DNA of 64,000 nucleotides from Tubiluchus corallicola (Eukaryota > Animalia > Priapulida), in the NCBI GenBank assembly GCA_030141605.1, contig JAQGDQ010000017.1:1054001-1118000 (forward strand), written 5' to 3'. Under the pieces are notes generated by a model that ran no database searches, was not told the origin of the DNA, and worked only from the letters and a program-made list of their open reading frames with translations. Positions within the stretch are counted from its first letter, which is position 1; every line of letters begins with the position of its first letter. This document shows, piece after piece, positions 1 to 12,614 of this stretch. The position numbers and the translations under genes were made by a program.

Positions 1-360
1 TTTCTCAGAAAGAAAAGTTTTGATGCATTTTACTAACATTTTCAGACTGGCAGGCACATACTGATGGGCCGTAGTGCTGAGAAAAAAATTTGTTGACATT
101 CTGTACCTATCTGAAAATATGTATTGTATATGAACAAAAATTTCCACTAATTTCCACTAAATTTCCACTTTCAACTCACTTTTGACCTTGACTCAGATAG
201 ATTTAGTCGATACTCCTAAACAAAGTTATCATGGAGCCCTTGTTTAATATATTACCAGGCAGTGATCAAAAACCTATAATCAGTTACATTTCTTGCTAGC
301 ACACCACAAATAATTTACTTATTAAAACTGCATACTGCAAGAGTGAAGTATGTCATTAAA

Positions 361-470
361 TTTACCATTGGCGTGCATAAATGCAACTAATTTCTGCAAT
401 CCAGTTTGCTGTGCAAAATAACATGGAGGTCCTAGCTGCCCTGTAGAACCATTGTGGGATTGTGATGTAG
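361..470 (+). pseudogene. Decayed fragment of sulfite oxidase cytochrome b5-domain sequence
   Basis: Aligns by eye with 937-1048 of the intact gene (tggcgtg; aaaat-aacatgg; gccctgtagaaccattgtggg vs gccctatagaacccttctggg), with indels. Confidence 0.55.
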
Positions 471-558
471 GTTTAAATGCTTGTCAAGAAAATTTGTTTG
501 TAGCCGATTATATAGTAAGATTACGTGTTAATATTGATCAAATATTTTCCAGGTCACG

Positions 559-2283
559 ATGGCATTTAGATTTCAGCAAATCTTGACCGCCTGCAGCTGC
601 TTTGCACCTGAATGGCAAACGAGAACAGCGAAACCTTTGGCAATAGCGCTCTTTCAAAAAAGATTGTTACACCATAATCAAACCACACACGAAAAAGACA
701 AAAAGTACAAATGGAGAAATGGGACAATAGCAATTGGAGCTTTAGGAATAACGGCAGGCATTACAGCTTATTACTCATTTAAAAGATCTGGACAAGCTTG
801 GGCCAATTACTGGAACAAGCAGTTAGAACTACCGACTGCTGTAGAGGCAGCGGGTGCTATTAAAATGGGGCTTCCCACTTACACCATGGCTCAAGTGCAG
901 AAACACGACACTGTAGAAAACAGGATGTGGGTGACATACCGAAATGGCGTGTATGACGTCACGGATTTCCTGCCACTGCATCCTGGAGCAGATAAAATTA
1001 ACATGGCCGCTGGCGGCCCTATAGAACCCTTCTGGGCAGTGTATGCCATCCATGAGTGCAATGAAGACATACAAGAAATGCTAGAGAAATATCGCATTGG
1101 AAACCTAGAAGCTAAAGATGTGTTAAGTAAAAGCGATTATAACAGTAATCCATTTAACAGCGAGCCGGAACGACACAAGATGCTAATTCCGTGCAGTGTG
1201 AAACCGTATAATGCAGAGACGCCACTGCATGTACTCGGAGATAATTTTATCACTCCAAATGAATTATTTTTCATTCGCAATCACATGCCAGTGCCCGATA
1301 TTGACATCAACAACTATGAACTGGAGGTGTCTGGTTCTGGCATCAGTATAAATCACAAGACACTGACACTCGAAGACATCAAGAAATTTCCAAAACATTC
1401 AGTCATCGGAGTTCTTCAGTGCGGCGGAAACCGAATGGCGGAGATGACTGCTATGAAAGCAACAAAAAGAGTTGACTGGAGCGGTGGTGCCATTGGTAAT
1501 GCAAAGTGGAGTGGTGCACGACTCTACGATGTCCTAAAGGCAACTGGATTGGAAGACGATGATACGAATGCGGTGCACGTTCATTTTGAGGGTATGGATA
1601 TCGATCCTGGAGGTTTTCCTTATGCAGCATCAATTCCCATTGAAAAAGCTATGGATCCACGTGGAGATGTACTGCTAGCATACGAGATGAATGACAAACC
1701 ATTGTCAAGGGATAACGGATTTCCTCTGCGTGTTTACATTCCTGGTGTTGCTGGCGCTCGGAATGTAAAATGGCTGTCACGGATTGTTGTGTCTATTGAA
1801 GAGAGTGATGCACATTGGCAACAAACAGATTACAAATGTTTTAGTCCCTCAGTTGACTGGGATACGGCAGATTTCTCTAAAATGGCTCCACTGCAATCGA
1901 TGCCCGTTACATCCTTAATCTGTGAACCAACTTCCGGAGATGTTGTAAAGTTAGACAATGGAGAAATTGAACTCTCTGGTTATGCTTGGTCTGGAAATGG
2001 GCAGAAAATAATCCGTGTGGATTTGACGGCTGATGGTGGAAAGACTTGGTGTGAAGCCAAGTTGGTATCACAAGATACTGCAAAGCCTCCCAGGCACTGG
2101 GCATGGACTTTGTGGACTGGCAGAGTGAAGGTGCCTAGAGGACAGAGGGAAGTTGAACTCTGGTGCAAAGCGGTTGACTCTTCGCACAATACTCAACCAG
2201 AAAGTGTCCAAAACATTTGGAACCTTAGAGGTCTAGTTTGCAACTCGTACCATCGCGTTGCTGTAAAGATAGAGCACAATTGA
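559..2283 (+). CDS. SUOX: Mitochondrial sulfite oxidase (transit/TM segment, cytochrome b5, Moco-binding and dimerisation domains); intronless CDS
   Basis: 574-aa ORF with b5 motifs (GVYDVTDF..HPG, PFW..Y..H), FFIRNH, QCGGNR (Mo-ligating Cys), GAIGNAKWSGARL, GARNVKWL, WQQTDYK, GYAWSG and IWNLRG. Acceptor ttttccag at 545-552 lies 6 nt before the ATG. Confidence 0.95.
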   Translation: MAFRFQQILTACSCFAPEWQTRTAKPLAIALFQKRLLHHNQTTHEKDKKYKWRNGTIAIGALGITAGITAYYSFKRSGQAWANYWNKQLELPTAVEAAGAIKMGLPTYTMAQVQKHDTVENRMWVTYRNGVYDVTDFLPLHPGADKINMAAGGPIEPFWAVYAIHECNEDIQEMLEKYRIGNLEAKDVLSKSDYNSNPFNSEPERHKMLIPCSVKPYNAETPLHVLGDNFITPNELFFIRNHMPVPDIDINNYELEVSGSGISINHKTLTLEDIKKFPKHSVIGVLQCGGNRMAEMTAMKATKRVDWSGGAIGNAKWSGARLYDVLKATGLEDDDTNAVHVHFEGMDIDPGGFPYAASIPIEKAMDPRGDVLLAYEMNDKPLSRDNGFPLRVYIPGVAGARNVKWLSRIVVSIEESDAHWQQTDYKCFSPSVDWDTADFSKMAPLQSMPVTSLICEPTSGDVVKLDNGEIELSGYAWSGNGQKIIRVDLTADGGKTWCEAKLVSQDTAKPPRHWAWTLWTGRVKVPRGQREVELWCKAVDSSHNTQPESVQNIWNLRGLVCNSYHRVAVKIEHN

Positions 2284-2777
2284 AGATCAAGTTTGGAGTG
2301 TTCACTGATTTAATGTAATAACTTGATAGCTTTTTATCTAATATTTTTCATTTATCAACACCTGACATTTAAAGCATGTATTCTTCATTGTTTTGAGGTA
2401 ATGGCTTAAGTATCCAAGAAGTACAGTAGGACTGAAATGGTCCTAGAAGGATTAGCAAAACGAAAGTGCCAAATAAATTCATAGGTGGCAACAGCGTTCT
2501 TGTATAAAATTAGTGCAACCCTTTTATTGCACACTAAACAGCATATTAAATATTTAACTGTAACGTATGTATGTACACTGTACATAGTGGCACGAATAAT
2601 AGGTGAAAAGAGAATTTTTTCTCGTTTTACAATTTTCACTTTTACATGTTATGAAATTGCAAAAGCAATAAAATGTACACAGTATTATGCAAGTGCAGCT
2701 GCATTTATTTGTGAATGATGTTTCAGTTTTGTTTGTGTACTGTATGGTAGCCCAAGGTCAACTCAGACATCATAGAT

Positions 2778-2895
2778 AGTCTCGGTCAACTTGAGTTGTG
2801 CCAACTTTCTTTAGTGTGCCACTGCAGGCTCTCCCCTTGTATCCTTAATCTGTGAACATGTTACAGAAGAAGTTACTAATTTATAAAGTTGAGGA
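2778..2895 (+). pseudogene. Decayed fragment of sulfite oxidase Moco/dimerisation junction
   Basis: ccactgcaggctctccccttgtatccttaatctgtgaac matches 1888-1927 (ccactgcaatcgatgcccgttacatccttaatctgtgaac); conceptual translation PLQ.LP..SLICE, frameshifted. Confidence 0.65.
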
Positions 2896-5800
2896 GTGAG
2901 GCTCCATGTTTCTTTTTTCACAATTGCTACTTGCAAGCCATTTGGTATGTAAGATTTGAGGCTGCAACACCAGCAGAAATGTTTACTTGATTAAAACAGG
3001 ACGATTGTGTAGACATTAGTTCAAAAAGTATGCTCTAAAATATTGAAAATTACTATGGTTTTCTTTTCTTAAATCGAAGCTTAGATTAAACAATAATTAC
3101 CTCGGATAGTTAAACTTTGAAAACTACGTGCGGTTTAGTGAATTCACTAAAATTGGCAATGGCATCTTTTGGGCAAATTTGCATAGCCAATAAATAGGTG
3201 CGGTACCGCGATAAGCATGATCATGTTTTGCATCGTTCATTTGTAATGTCAGCATTATGTATATTTCATTTTCGTAATATCACATCAGAGTCTTACAGCA
3301 ATCTTCACACAAACGTGCTTGGCACGCAGGGAAGATGCCTACCATTGCACAAACAGTGGTTAGTTTGTGATGTACGTGATAGCTGTGTTTGGTTGCCGTT
3401 AATCAACTTTCCAAGGTAATTATTCAAATATTAGAAACAATTGCTAACCTTTATAGGTAAGAAAATATATGTATTGTACAGTAAATTAAAATGATATTAA
3501 GTCTGCTCAATTGTACAGTTTCCTTTAAGAAAACAGCAAGTGACTTATATTCTCTACAAGGAAAACAAAGCTACTCAAAAACAACTGCAATTCATATATA
3601 TAACTTATCAAAAACTGGGAACTAAAACCTTAAAATGACACTGACCTTGCACCCAGGGATGATGCTTTTTCGCAGGATCCAATAAGCATACATTCCCATT
3701 GAATTTAATTAATATTGCTAAGTTATTTCGACAACGGTTGACCAGAAGAATAACGGCTACAACAATGACAGTAAGAACAACAGCATGTCAGAAAATTGGT
3801 GGTGCTGCTTGTCCAGTGGAGTAACAATATACAGTTGTATATGCACTTGCACGTTATGGCATTACGGTCACTGCTACCTTCATTGTGCCTTAAATGAAAC
3901 AATTTGATATCTTCCTACTCGTAAGAAGAGTTCTGAAGTCATTTGTTACACATAATTAGTTTATTGTACATAAAAAACACAAGAATACGTATATTGTATA
4001 AACACATCCTATAGTTATGGCGACCATGGCATCACAGTTCAAAGAATTCATTTTACAAATTTCTAATTTGACCTTGCATATCATAACTGTTTTTCTTTTA
4101 TTTTATATCTCTGCTAGACTTTTGTCTCTTCTTAATAGTTATCTAAATGAAATAATGGTTGTGAAACCATAGTACATCAGAATTCATTGGAACTTGAGAT
4201 CTGATAGGAACTTTAATGTTATTTAAAAATAACAAATGCAAATTAAGCAGTTCCGACCAATAAAATCTCAGTATAATTATTTTTTGTCAAAATCTTTAAA
4301 CTGGGTATAACTCAATTCAGAAACAGATAGCTGATATCTTTACACAGTAAATGTAGCCTTTTTCTAGAAGACTGTACATGCATTAATTTTGTGACTGCAT
4401 TTAAAACTGTTGAGCGGCAGTTGGTTTTAATTAGTTAAATAAATCAACAACATGAATGAAACATAATACATATCTAGACTATCAAAAAATAAAAAAATCA
4501 AGACTAGACTTAGCATAAAATATCCATACATAGCAGTAAAACTGATACATAGCATTAAATGTAAATGACACTAGAATGTTTAAAATGCTACAAGAAAGTA
4601 TTTTTCTTGAAATTCATTTTTGATCAGAATTGTTGCTCCGTTCTTTGCAATTAAATGCCAGTCCACAAATAATCATCAAGATCTTTAAGTCTCTAGATCA
4701 CATTTACACAAGATATTAGCTTATAAACTAAGAAAAACATTCACTTTAAAAACAATTTTGTTTAAGGTCACCTAGAACTTCTAATAAAAATTCCATTAAA
4801 CAGTATGATCAACAGCATTATGACTACTGAAAATCGTTCATCACATTATTATAAATAGGCCGCCATTTCAAAGACTGAAAACTAGAAACACAAAAGTGTT
4901 AGCTACAGGGTATGCTTGCAGTGACCTTTAGCAGGTCAAAAGATTTTGTGCTATTTAAGTGAAATGTGGCAAGCAAAACTCTTTAGTGAGTTCATACAAA
5001 ATTTTGAATTTTTTAGACAAATATTCTCGTGGGATACAATAAACCCAAAGTCTAAAAACAGTTAATAATTTGCTTATGCATACGATGATCAAAAACACAA
5101 AATCGCGTATGAATCTTTTCAGGCATTTCTGAAACCAATTTAGCAAAGTTCTAACGATTTTATGAGCTGTTAACAGGAAGGGAGATAAATTAAGAAGCAT
5201 GAGTTAACTGGGATGAAAATTACATAAAGACAATATCCCGCTTGTGGCAGTCTTCAAGCTTCTATAACAAGATCTTACAAACAAACAAGCAAAAGTTCAA
5301 TTACATCAGATAAAAATAGTATACAATGTGCATAAGAATGCTGCATAAATACAAAAGGATCAGCAACACTTTAAGGCGATTTTCATGTTACCAATAAATA
5401 CTGAAAGAGATGCTTATGAATCTTACCACTGGATACACATAATGCTACTGACAAGCCTTTGTCACATGCAAAAATCAAAACTGAAAAATCTACAAGGAAC
5501 ATTATGAAGAGTTCAGTCAACATACAGTCATGACACTGCCTCCAATCATCTTCTTTTGTGAACCAATTATGCATGATTCAAGTTCTTCATTGCTGCAAAT
5601 CATAAATAAATATCGCCTAAATTATACATTTTTCCACAAAGAGACCTATATACTGTATACAGACACGTATTTTTAATATAATTATGTATGTAAAGCATGT
5701 TTGACTCAAACAGTTTTTTCTTAAATTCTCGCTTACTAATTAAACTAATCTTTTTAATTTTATTTCAAGCTTTTGAGTCACACAGCCATTGCTAATAAAA

Positions 5801-6687
5801 AAAGATGAAGGCTGCTTATATTTTACTTGCACAATTCAATATGTTGTTGAGTACAGGCGATATTTTCAATATGCAATTCTACACATACCGTTTTCAATCC
5901 TGAAGGGTAACAAAGCCAATTACTTTTGCAAAAGTAATCAGTATTTTTACAAAAGTAAAATTCTCTTTTTGTGCCTTAGTAATTTGACAGTCGAAACTTT
6001 ACTGATTTTTTTTAGCAATTTTTAGAATTGAACCCGCACACTCAATAAACACCTGTCAATTCTGACCAGTTGTGGCTCATAGCTAAAATTAGTGGAAGTG
6101 CTGCTTCAAAAACTTTTTAGCCATTGTTTTGATGCTGTATAAAATGAAACAAACACATGTAATTTTAATATTGTAATTGTAATTTAAACAAACAAATATA
6201 TGAAAGTTTATACACAAACTTGATAAAATCCTAAACAAAAAATATTTGTTGCTTACTAATAGCCTAAATTGCTTTAGTTCAAGAACATAAAAGCCGGTAC
6301 ACGGTTTTTAAGTAGCTGACAACTGACAACAAACTGTGAGAGCTGTATCTAGGCACAGTATTTATAAGAGCAAGTGCAACCAACGGTGAAAGGTCATCTA
6401 TATCTAGGCAATTTAATGTTTATCTTTATTGTAAGCATAGGCCATTATTACAATATATAATAACCAACTCTTACGTAATAATGTGTAAAACAACCAACTG
6501 TTGACCTGTTGTTGTTTCAGGACAGCATGAAAAAAGTTAAGTTCTCACAATGATTTAAAAAACTGTAGCATTTCTATTATTCATTGCCATTTTTAGCTAT
6601 TAGGTTTTCAATAGTGCTTGCATGTAAGTTATGTAGACTCTGGTGTTTGCTTGTAAAACAAACAAGTTTTTTGAAAGCGTCTCATAC

Positions 6688-7231
6688 ACGCCATCTTAAC
6701 AGCATTATAGACCCAGGGAAAAGCACGGCCCTCTACCTAGATAACCCCTCACGGGAATAACAATGTAAATGGATGATAAAGTTAAACATATATTTATTGC
6801 ATTGGTACTTTCAACAAAATCGGTGTTTAGCTATTAAAAAACATGCTGTACAGCAAAGACAAATCAACACAAATGTTTGAGCAATATAAGAAACTATTCT
6901 ATTCTCTATTAACTTTTCTTTTCTACTCCTTTACTGCTCTCTTCTACTACACTCAATCCACATTATTTGGGGTGCTCTGAACAAGTAATTACTTCTTAAG
7001 TACCTCACGGGTCATTTGCAGCTTGGCATCTTGTGTACATAATAATAAATATGTTATTAAATTCTTTTACGCGCTATGCTGTAATGATCGTTGTGGATAT
7101 ATTTAATAAATAAAAAAGCTTTGAAAAACACAAATTTTAACATTGACAGCCAGTTCATATAATGATATACATATATTACCATGGGTCCCTCGGGCAACTG
7201 CCCAGCATGCCCATGCACTAAGACTGCCCTG
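6688..7231. mobile_element. Non-autonomous DNA element (MITE-like), TIR consensus about CAGGGCCGTCTTAA; copy 1
   Basis: Left end gccatcttaacagcat, right end cactaagactgccctg; about 200 bp of internal similarity to 19194-19400, and the ggcaactgccc motif is shared with about 20060-20080. Confidence 0.65.
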
Positions 7232-7309
7232 CCTCTACACTGGCAGTAGACCCAAAGGTTTCTACAATACAATACGTTAATTTGCAAGATTAGCAACAGG
7301 TGAATTAAT

Positions 7310-7468
7310 GCACTAGTAATGTATGCAATACTATACTTTTTTAATTGCTTCATTTAATACCTAGTATATGCACTAGCAATGTATGCAATACTATACTTTT
7401 TTAATTGCTTCATTTAATACCTAGTATATGCACTAGCAATGTATGCAATATTATACTTTTTTAATTGA
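7310..7468. repeat. 60-bp tandem repeat, about 2.6 copies
   Basis: gcactag(t/c)aatgtatgcaata... starts at 7310, 7370 and 7430. Confidence 0.9.
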
Positions 7469-7518
7469 TATCATATATAAATTCAATTCCTGATCAGCAA
7501 TAAGGTTACAAAATTTGG

Positions 7519-9033
7519 CTAATAATTTACCTGTGTATTGTGTTTCCTTTTCTTATGTGAGCTCAGACCACTGCGGTCATAGAACTGTTTCTCACACATA
7601 TTACAGTGATAAGGACGTTCTCCGGTGTGCGTTCTTATGTGAGTTTTTAAAATGTCTGATCGGGAAAACCTCTTCGGACACACCTCACACTCATAAGGTT
7701 TATGTCCAGTGTGCTGTCGTACATGAACTTCCAATAAACACCTTTTAAGAAAGGTCTTACCACACCATTGGCAGAAAAACATTGGTTTTGACTCAGGTTG
7801 TTCAACAACCGGATTTTTCCTTTGTTTCATAGTAGCGTCAATTCCATGGGTCTTAGTACGTCCATGAGCGTTAGTACTTGGTCCTTGTGCATGAATCACT
7901 TTTTTATGATAATTTAGCCCGCTACGGTCAGAATACTGTCTGTTACAAATGTCACATTTATAAGGCTTTATGCCGGTGTGAGTTCTTGCGTGCATCCTCA
8001 AACCATCTTCACGGGAAAACGTCTTGTGACATACTGCACACTCGTATGGCTTGTGTCCAGTATGTATTCGTTCGTGAGCAAGACATTTTGTTCTCTGTCT
8101 AAATGCTCTCTGGCAAAAGCGACAACAATGTGGTTTCTTTGGTTCTTTGCGAATCTCACTTTGTGCTGGAATGCTGTCATTCGCCGTGGATCTAGCACTT
8201 TCTGTCAGTTGCCCACGGATGCTACCAGTTCTATGTACATATTTTTTGTGGTAATTAAGACCGCTATGGTCATAGAACTGTTTGTAACAGACTTTACAAT
8301 GATACGGACGTTCCCCAGTGTGCATTCTTATGTGGATCTTGAGACCGTCCAGTCTTGCAAAGCTCTTCTCACAGACCTGACACTTGTAAGGTCTGTCACC
8401 AGTATGAATCCGTTCATGCTCCACGAGTTTTGTTCTCTGTTTGATTACCTTGTTGCACCATCGACAGGAGCGTCCACTACTGTTTCCAACGCTAACCAAT
8501 TTATGACTTTCCAAAGAAAACACCTGTTCGGCGTCATTCCGTTCCTCCATTTTATTCGATGCAGCTGAAGGTACTTCACTTACAACAGTACTATCACAGT
8601 GGAAATTGACATTGTCCTTAAACAATTCCCCATTATCATTTTCAATGTTGTCACTATTATTCAATGAATCACTACTATATGCCAATGCTATGTTTGGCTT
8701 AATATCTTGAAGATCACTGCAGTCATCATCAGTTTTGTCTTTGGTGACGTCACATGTTTCAGCATCACCTGCGAAGCTAATACTTTCAGCACAAGGTATA
8801 ACAGCATTATTAGAAATATGACTTTGTGTTGAATGTAGAGCATAATTGCTATTTTCAGAGCTGTCGTTTTCCGCATCTGCGAAATTATCTAGAAGATCAC
8901 CATCATAATTGTGTCCTTCGTTGATTAACAATTTGCAATGATTGGTTCTTGTGTGCACATAGAAACTTTCTTCGGACAGGAGGCAATTTGAGCAGGCCGT
9001 ACATTTATAATAAACAGCCGGTCCCAATTCCAT
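7519..9033 (-). CDS. C2H2 zinc-finger protein: one N-terminal finger plus three clusters of three fingers; intronless CDS
   Basis: 504-aa ORF with repeated CxxC...HxxxH fingers and HTG(E/D/H/I)(R/K)PY linkers, plus an acidic N-terminal region. Candidate acceptor (ttttcttttattag on -) at 9227-9240. Confidence 0.92.
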   Translation of the reverse strand: MELGPAVYYKCTACSNCLLSEESFYVHTRTNHCKLLINEGHNYDGDLLDNFADAENDSSENSNYALHSTQSHISNNAVIPCAESISFAGDAETCDVTKDKTDDDCSDLQDIKPNIALAYSSDSLNNSDNIENDNGELFKDNVNFHCDSTVVSEVPSAASNKMEERNDAEQVFSLESHKLVSVGNSSGRSCRWCNKVIKQRTKLVEHERIHTGDRPYKCQVCEKSFARLDGLKIHIRMHTGERPYHCKVCYKQFYDHSGLNYHKKYVHRTGSIRGQLTESARSTANDSIPAQSEIRKEPKKPHCCRFCQRAFRQRTKCLAHERIHTGHKPYECAVCHKTFSREDGLRMHARTHTGIKPYKCDICNRQYSDRSGLNYHKKVIHAQGPSTNAHGRTKTHGIDATMKQRKNPVVEQPESKPMFFCQWCGKTFLKRCLLEVHVRQHTGHKPYECEVCPKRFSRSDILKTHIRTHTGERPYHCNMCEKQFYDRSGLSSHKKRKHNTQVNY

Positions 9034-9744
9034 TATAACCCTGCCACTCTTCTCTTCACATACAATTGGTAAGAAAAAATGTATTAATTGCTCTCAAGTT
9101 GTTTTCCCTGCTGTTTTTCGTTTGAGATCAACAAATTTTGTGTTCCTGGGACTCTTACATTTTTCTGGTGCAGTCTAATCAACTGTTGTTTTTTGATGCT
9201 CATGCTATTCATCATCATAGTTTAGCCTAATAAAAGAAAACGTATTTTTTATCGTCCTCATGTATTAACATGCAATAAATGGTATGTGCATTTACGCATT
9301 TTCTTTTGACGCATTGTTTTATAATCCTTATAACTGCTGATAATTACTAATAAGTGCAAATCAAATGCTGACATAGCACATTACCTAACTGACACACAAA
9401 CCTTCCTAGCAACTGATTTTGCAAAGACTTAATAAACCTCTTTAGTTTATAAGCAGAAGCTACATTCTTTTATGTTACAATTAACAGGACATTTAGTGAT
9501 ATAAATGTAACTGTGTCTTATTTATAACTTAACTGTGTGAAACAGTAAATGCCATGTCACACATTAACAATAGATATTGTTAACGGGTAAATGCAATATC
9601 ACGGACTACCTATAAGCAACAGGAAAGCAATATGAAACCTGAATAGGTATCAACTAGCAATGATATTAATTTTTTGTTGCTACAGAAGAGCAAAAGCGAC
9701 TATTACAAGCAGGCCCTACATTACATATGTCAATCAAAATGAAC

Positions 9745-10224
9745 ACAATTTGGATTTAGAAAAAATATTCAACTGTCAATGTAATAATAAACGTAACTGA
9801 AAACTGGCAGGATAATCTCGATAAAAACAAATATGTGGCAGCAGCTTTTTTAGATTTAAGTAAAACTTATGACAGTTTATATCATAAACTACTGTTAGAA
9901 AATTTGAAAGAACTTGGATTTGAACAATCAGCATTAAAATTAATTAATGTTTGCCTACAAAATAGAAAGCAGCAGGTTAAAATAAATTCTACAACATTTT
10001 CAGATTGGGCTAATCTTCAGCGAGGTAACCCACAGGGTATGCTATTGGGACCTCTACTGTTTAACCATTACATCAGTAATATTTCTAAACATTCTACAAA
10101 TTCAAATATTATGCAATATGCAGATGGCACGACTGTTTATCTGGCTCACGAGAATATCAGCATTGCAAAACAGTACTTAGAAAAAGACATAAAGAAGATC
10201 AACATGGCATTTCATTATTATTAG
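9745..10224 (+). mobile_element. Degenerate non-LTR retrotransposon (CR1/L2-like) reverse transcriptase fragment
   Basis: QFGFRK at about 9747, FLDLSKTYD, NRKQQV, GNPQGMLLGPLLF and YADGT (degenerate YADD); truncated and frameshifted. Confidence 0.88.
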
Positions 10225-11835
10225 TAAAATAAGGATTATACTACTACTACTACTATGTGCCAAGTAGTACGAACATGGTTATTATGCATAGTAGTGCAAT
10301 CAACCACTTGATGATGTTATAAGTTTTTGCAATGGAATGATAACTAATGCATATAATTGAAAAGTTTTGGCGGCCTAAAAGTGAGATAAGTATGCCAATT
10401 CAAAGATATCATAGTTATATCATGATATACACAAGGCTCATATGTTAAAATCAGAAACAGCTCAGCCTTAAAAAACAACATAGTTTTGGCTATCATGGTA
10501 CAACTATGTTTACAATTGCTTCAAACTATGTAGAGGTAATGAGGAGCTGAAAATATCACTGCACATCACCAAGATAGCCAGTTTTTTTCTAAATTGGGCA
10601 TTATCTAACTTAACGCATTAAGAAGATTATTTTCAAAATCAGTATGTATGTATAAAGTATATATGAATGGTTTGTATAAAGTTTTCTAGAAATCTTTAAA
10701 ATACAAAAATGGTTGCTGGGACTTTAGTCGCTCTACCAAGAAACATTGGTAGGGGGAGCTGATGGCACTCGCCACAAACCAAGGTTCCCGCTACGCTTTG
10801 CAAGATATAGTACTCAATTGAATCATTCCTACTTGGCAATTCTGGTATTACAAAAAAAATCTGTTTTGCCATTAGCATAAATTAACTTAAAAGTAAGCTT
10901 AAATGGCTACTTCTTAAACAAACAGTTATACATCACAACTTAGGTAATAACTTTCCTTAGTTTCTATTGGCCATTCCAAAGTTGACAATTATCCACTGTG
11001 TTAAACATTAAAAAAATTCACTAAAGCTATTTTTCACCATGATATACAGCCTATAGTGCAGAATGAGCTACTAAGTCTTAAACTAAGAACATGTAGTGAT
11101 ACCTATACTATTGAAATGCTGGGCAGGAAAAACACAAGTACAATAAGCACAAGTGTCATAATACCAATAGTAACCTTAAAATCATCAGCACGAATATCCA
11201 GACATGAGAAAAGATGCCGCAATAGTATCAGAACCTGTCAATGAACCAAAAAAACTATTTTTATGCTTTAGGTTCATGCAATTTTTCATTGCCAAATCAT
11301 CATCATCATCTGACCATTGTCTCTACTGTAGACAGAACTTGCACCCCAGAACTCTAAAATAAAAGAAATTTGCCCTCAAGACAGGTAAACTCAGCAAGTA
11401 ATGCAGCAAAAAACTAGGCACTGCTATGTCAGTGGATTCTCAGCTTTTCTTCTTCTTCTTCTGTTCCTCTAAACATCTATTGAAAACATTGAGGCTCAAC
11501 CTTATTAGAGCACCCCAATGTTTCGTGTCTGCAGCTAAAATTTTTGACTCCCGTGAAGCTACTGTTAAGTTTGGCCTGTTGTAGATCTATATTAAATATT
11601 GATATCCAAGTTGTAATTTATAAGATATAAGATGTATTTATTTCACACTACAATACAAATTAGCCAATAATGAAACTAATTTTATAGAAGAAAATGTGAG
11701 GACAGTGTACGACTATGAGAGTCCTAAAAAACGATGCCCTTATATATTGTTCATTTTCAAAATTTAGTTTTGGTGGCTTGGCACTACGTAAAACAGGTCA
11801 TCATTAATTCATCATTAAAAAAATAATATTAATAT

Positions 11836-12614
11836 TGTCAGGAGCAGAGTAGGATACTAGCCCAAGTAGAACAATTGGCGTACATGGTATAGCCCAAGTA
11901 AGATGCGTCGTACATGTGATAGCCCAAGTAGAGCGCGTCGTACATGGGCTGCCCTAGTGGGACACTAGAGACAGGTCACGAATTGAGTCGTTAAGTCGTT
12001 AACCATAGTGGGAGTGTCTCTTGTTCTTGTTTATATAATAATATTAATAATAATTGAAAATGTCAATACATCCTACAATTTATTACACAACTGGTAAAAT
12101 AAAAGAATCTCATTCTGAGCTAGTCAAACGAGCAATATTAAATTTGGCTCTGAGATTAATCTTTTTGAAGTGAAATAAGCCTACTTTTTAGGCAATTCCA
12201 GCATTTGGTTAAGGTAGGTGAATGTGATTTTTATTTTGTCTTGCTTCACAGACAGATGATTCGCTTCACTACATGAACAAAGTGAACAAAATATGAGTTA
12301 TTTGTCTTGGAAACTGGCACTTTCTATTGATGTCAGTTTGCTCAACGATTTGGTGAAGATCATGTGTATCCACAATATGATGCCATACTGACGGGCAACT
12401 CAGCCAACAAGCACAATTTTTAAGAAAATGAAGAAACAATCACAGAATTGTTAAAAAGCTGACAAAATTCTCGATGTAAAGTTAAAAGAGTGAGAAAAAA
12501 TCGCCAGTGCCCCACTTTGGCTGCCCTTGTAAGACACTGGTTTTCCGCATATTTAGTGCATGCGCTTTAAGGTAAGTGTCCTACTTCGGCTCGTGGTGTA
12601 CTCCGCGCCCTACA
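11836..12614. mobile_element. Putative MITE with imperfect inverted ends and about 30-bp subterminal repeats
   Basis: tagcccaagta repeated at 11858, 11890 and 11920; the left end (tgtcaggagcagagtaggatactagcccaagtagaaca) resembles the reverse complement of 12576-12614. Confidence 0.5.

Noticed and set aside
7515-8876. Antisense and alternative-frame ORFs over the zinc-finger gene (likewise over SUOX and UGM)
   Set aside because: Shadow ORFs of real coding sequence with no recognisable motifs.
11858-11965. tagcccaagta repeats with spacers of about 20 nt, superficially CRISPR-like
   Set aside because: The spacers resemble each other (cgtacatg), the context is eukaryotic and there are no cas genes; this is a tandem subterminal repeat.
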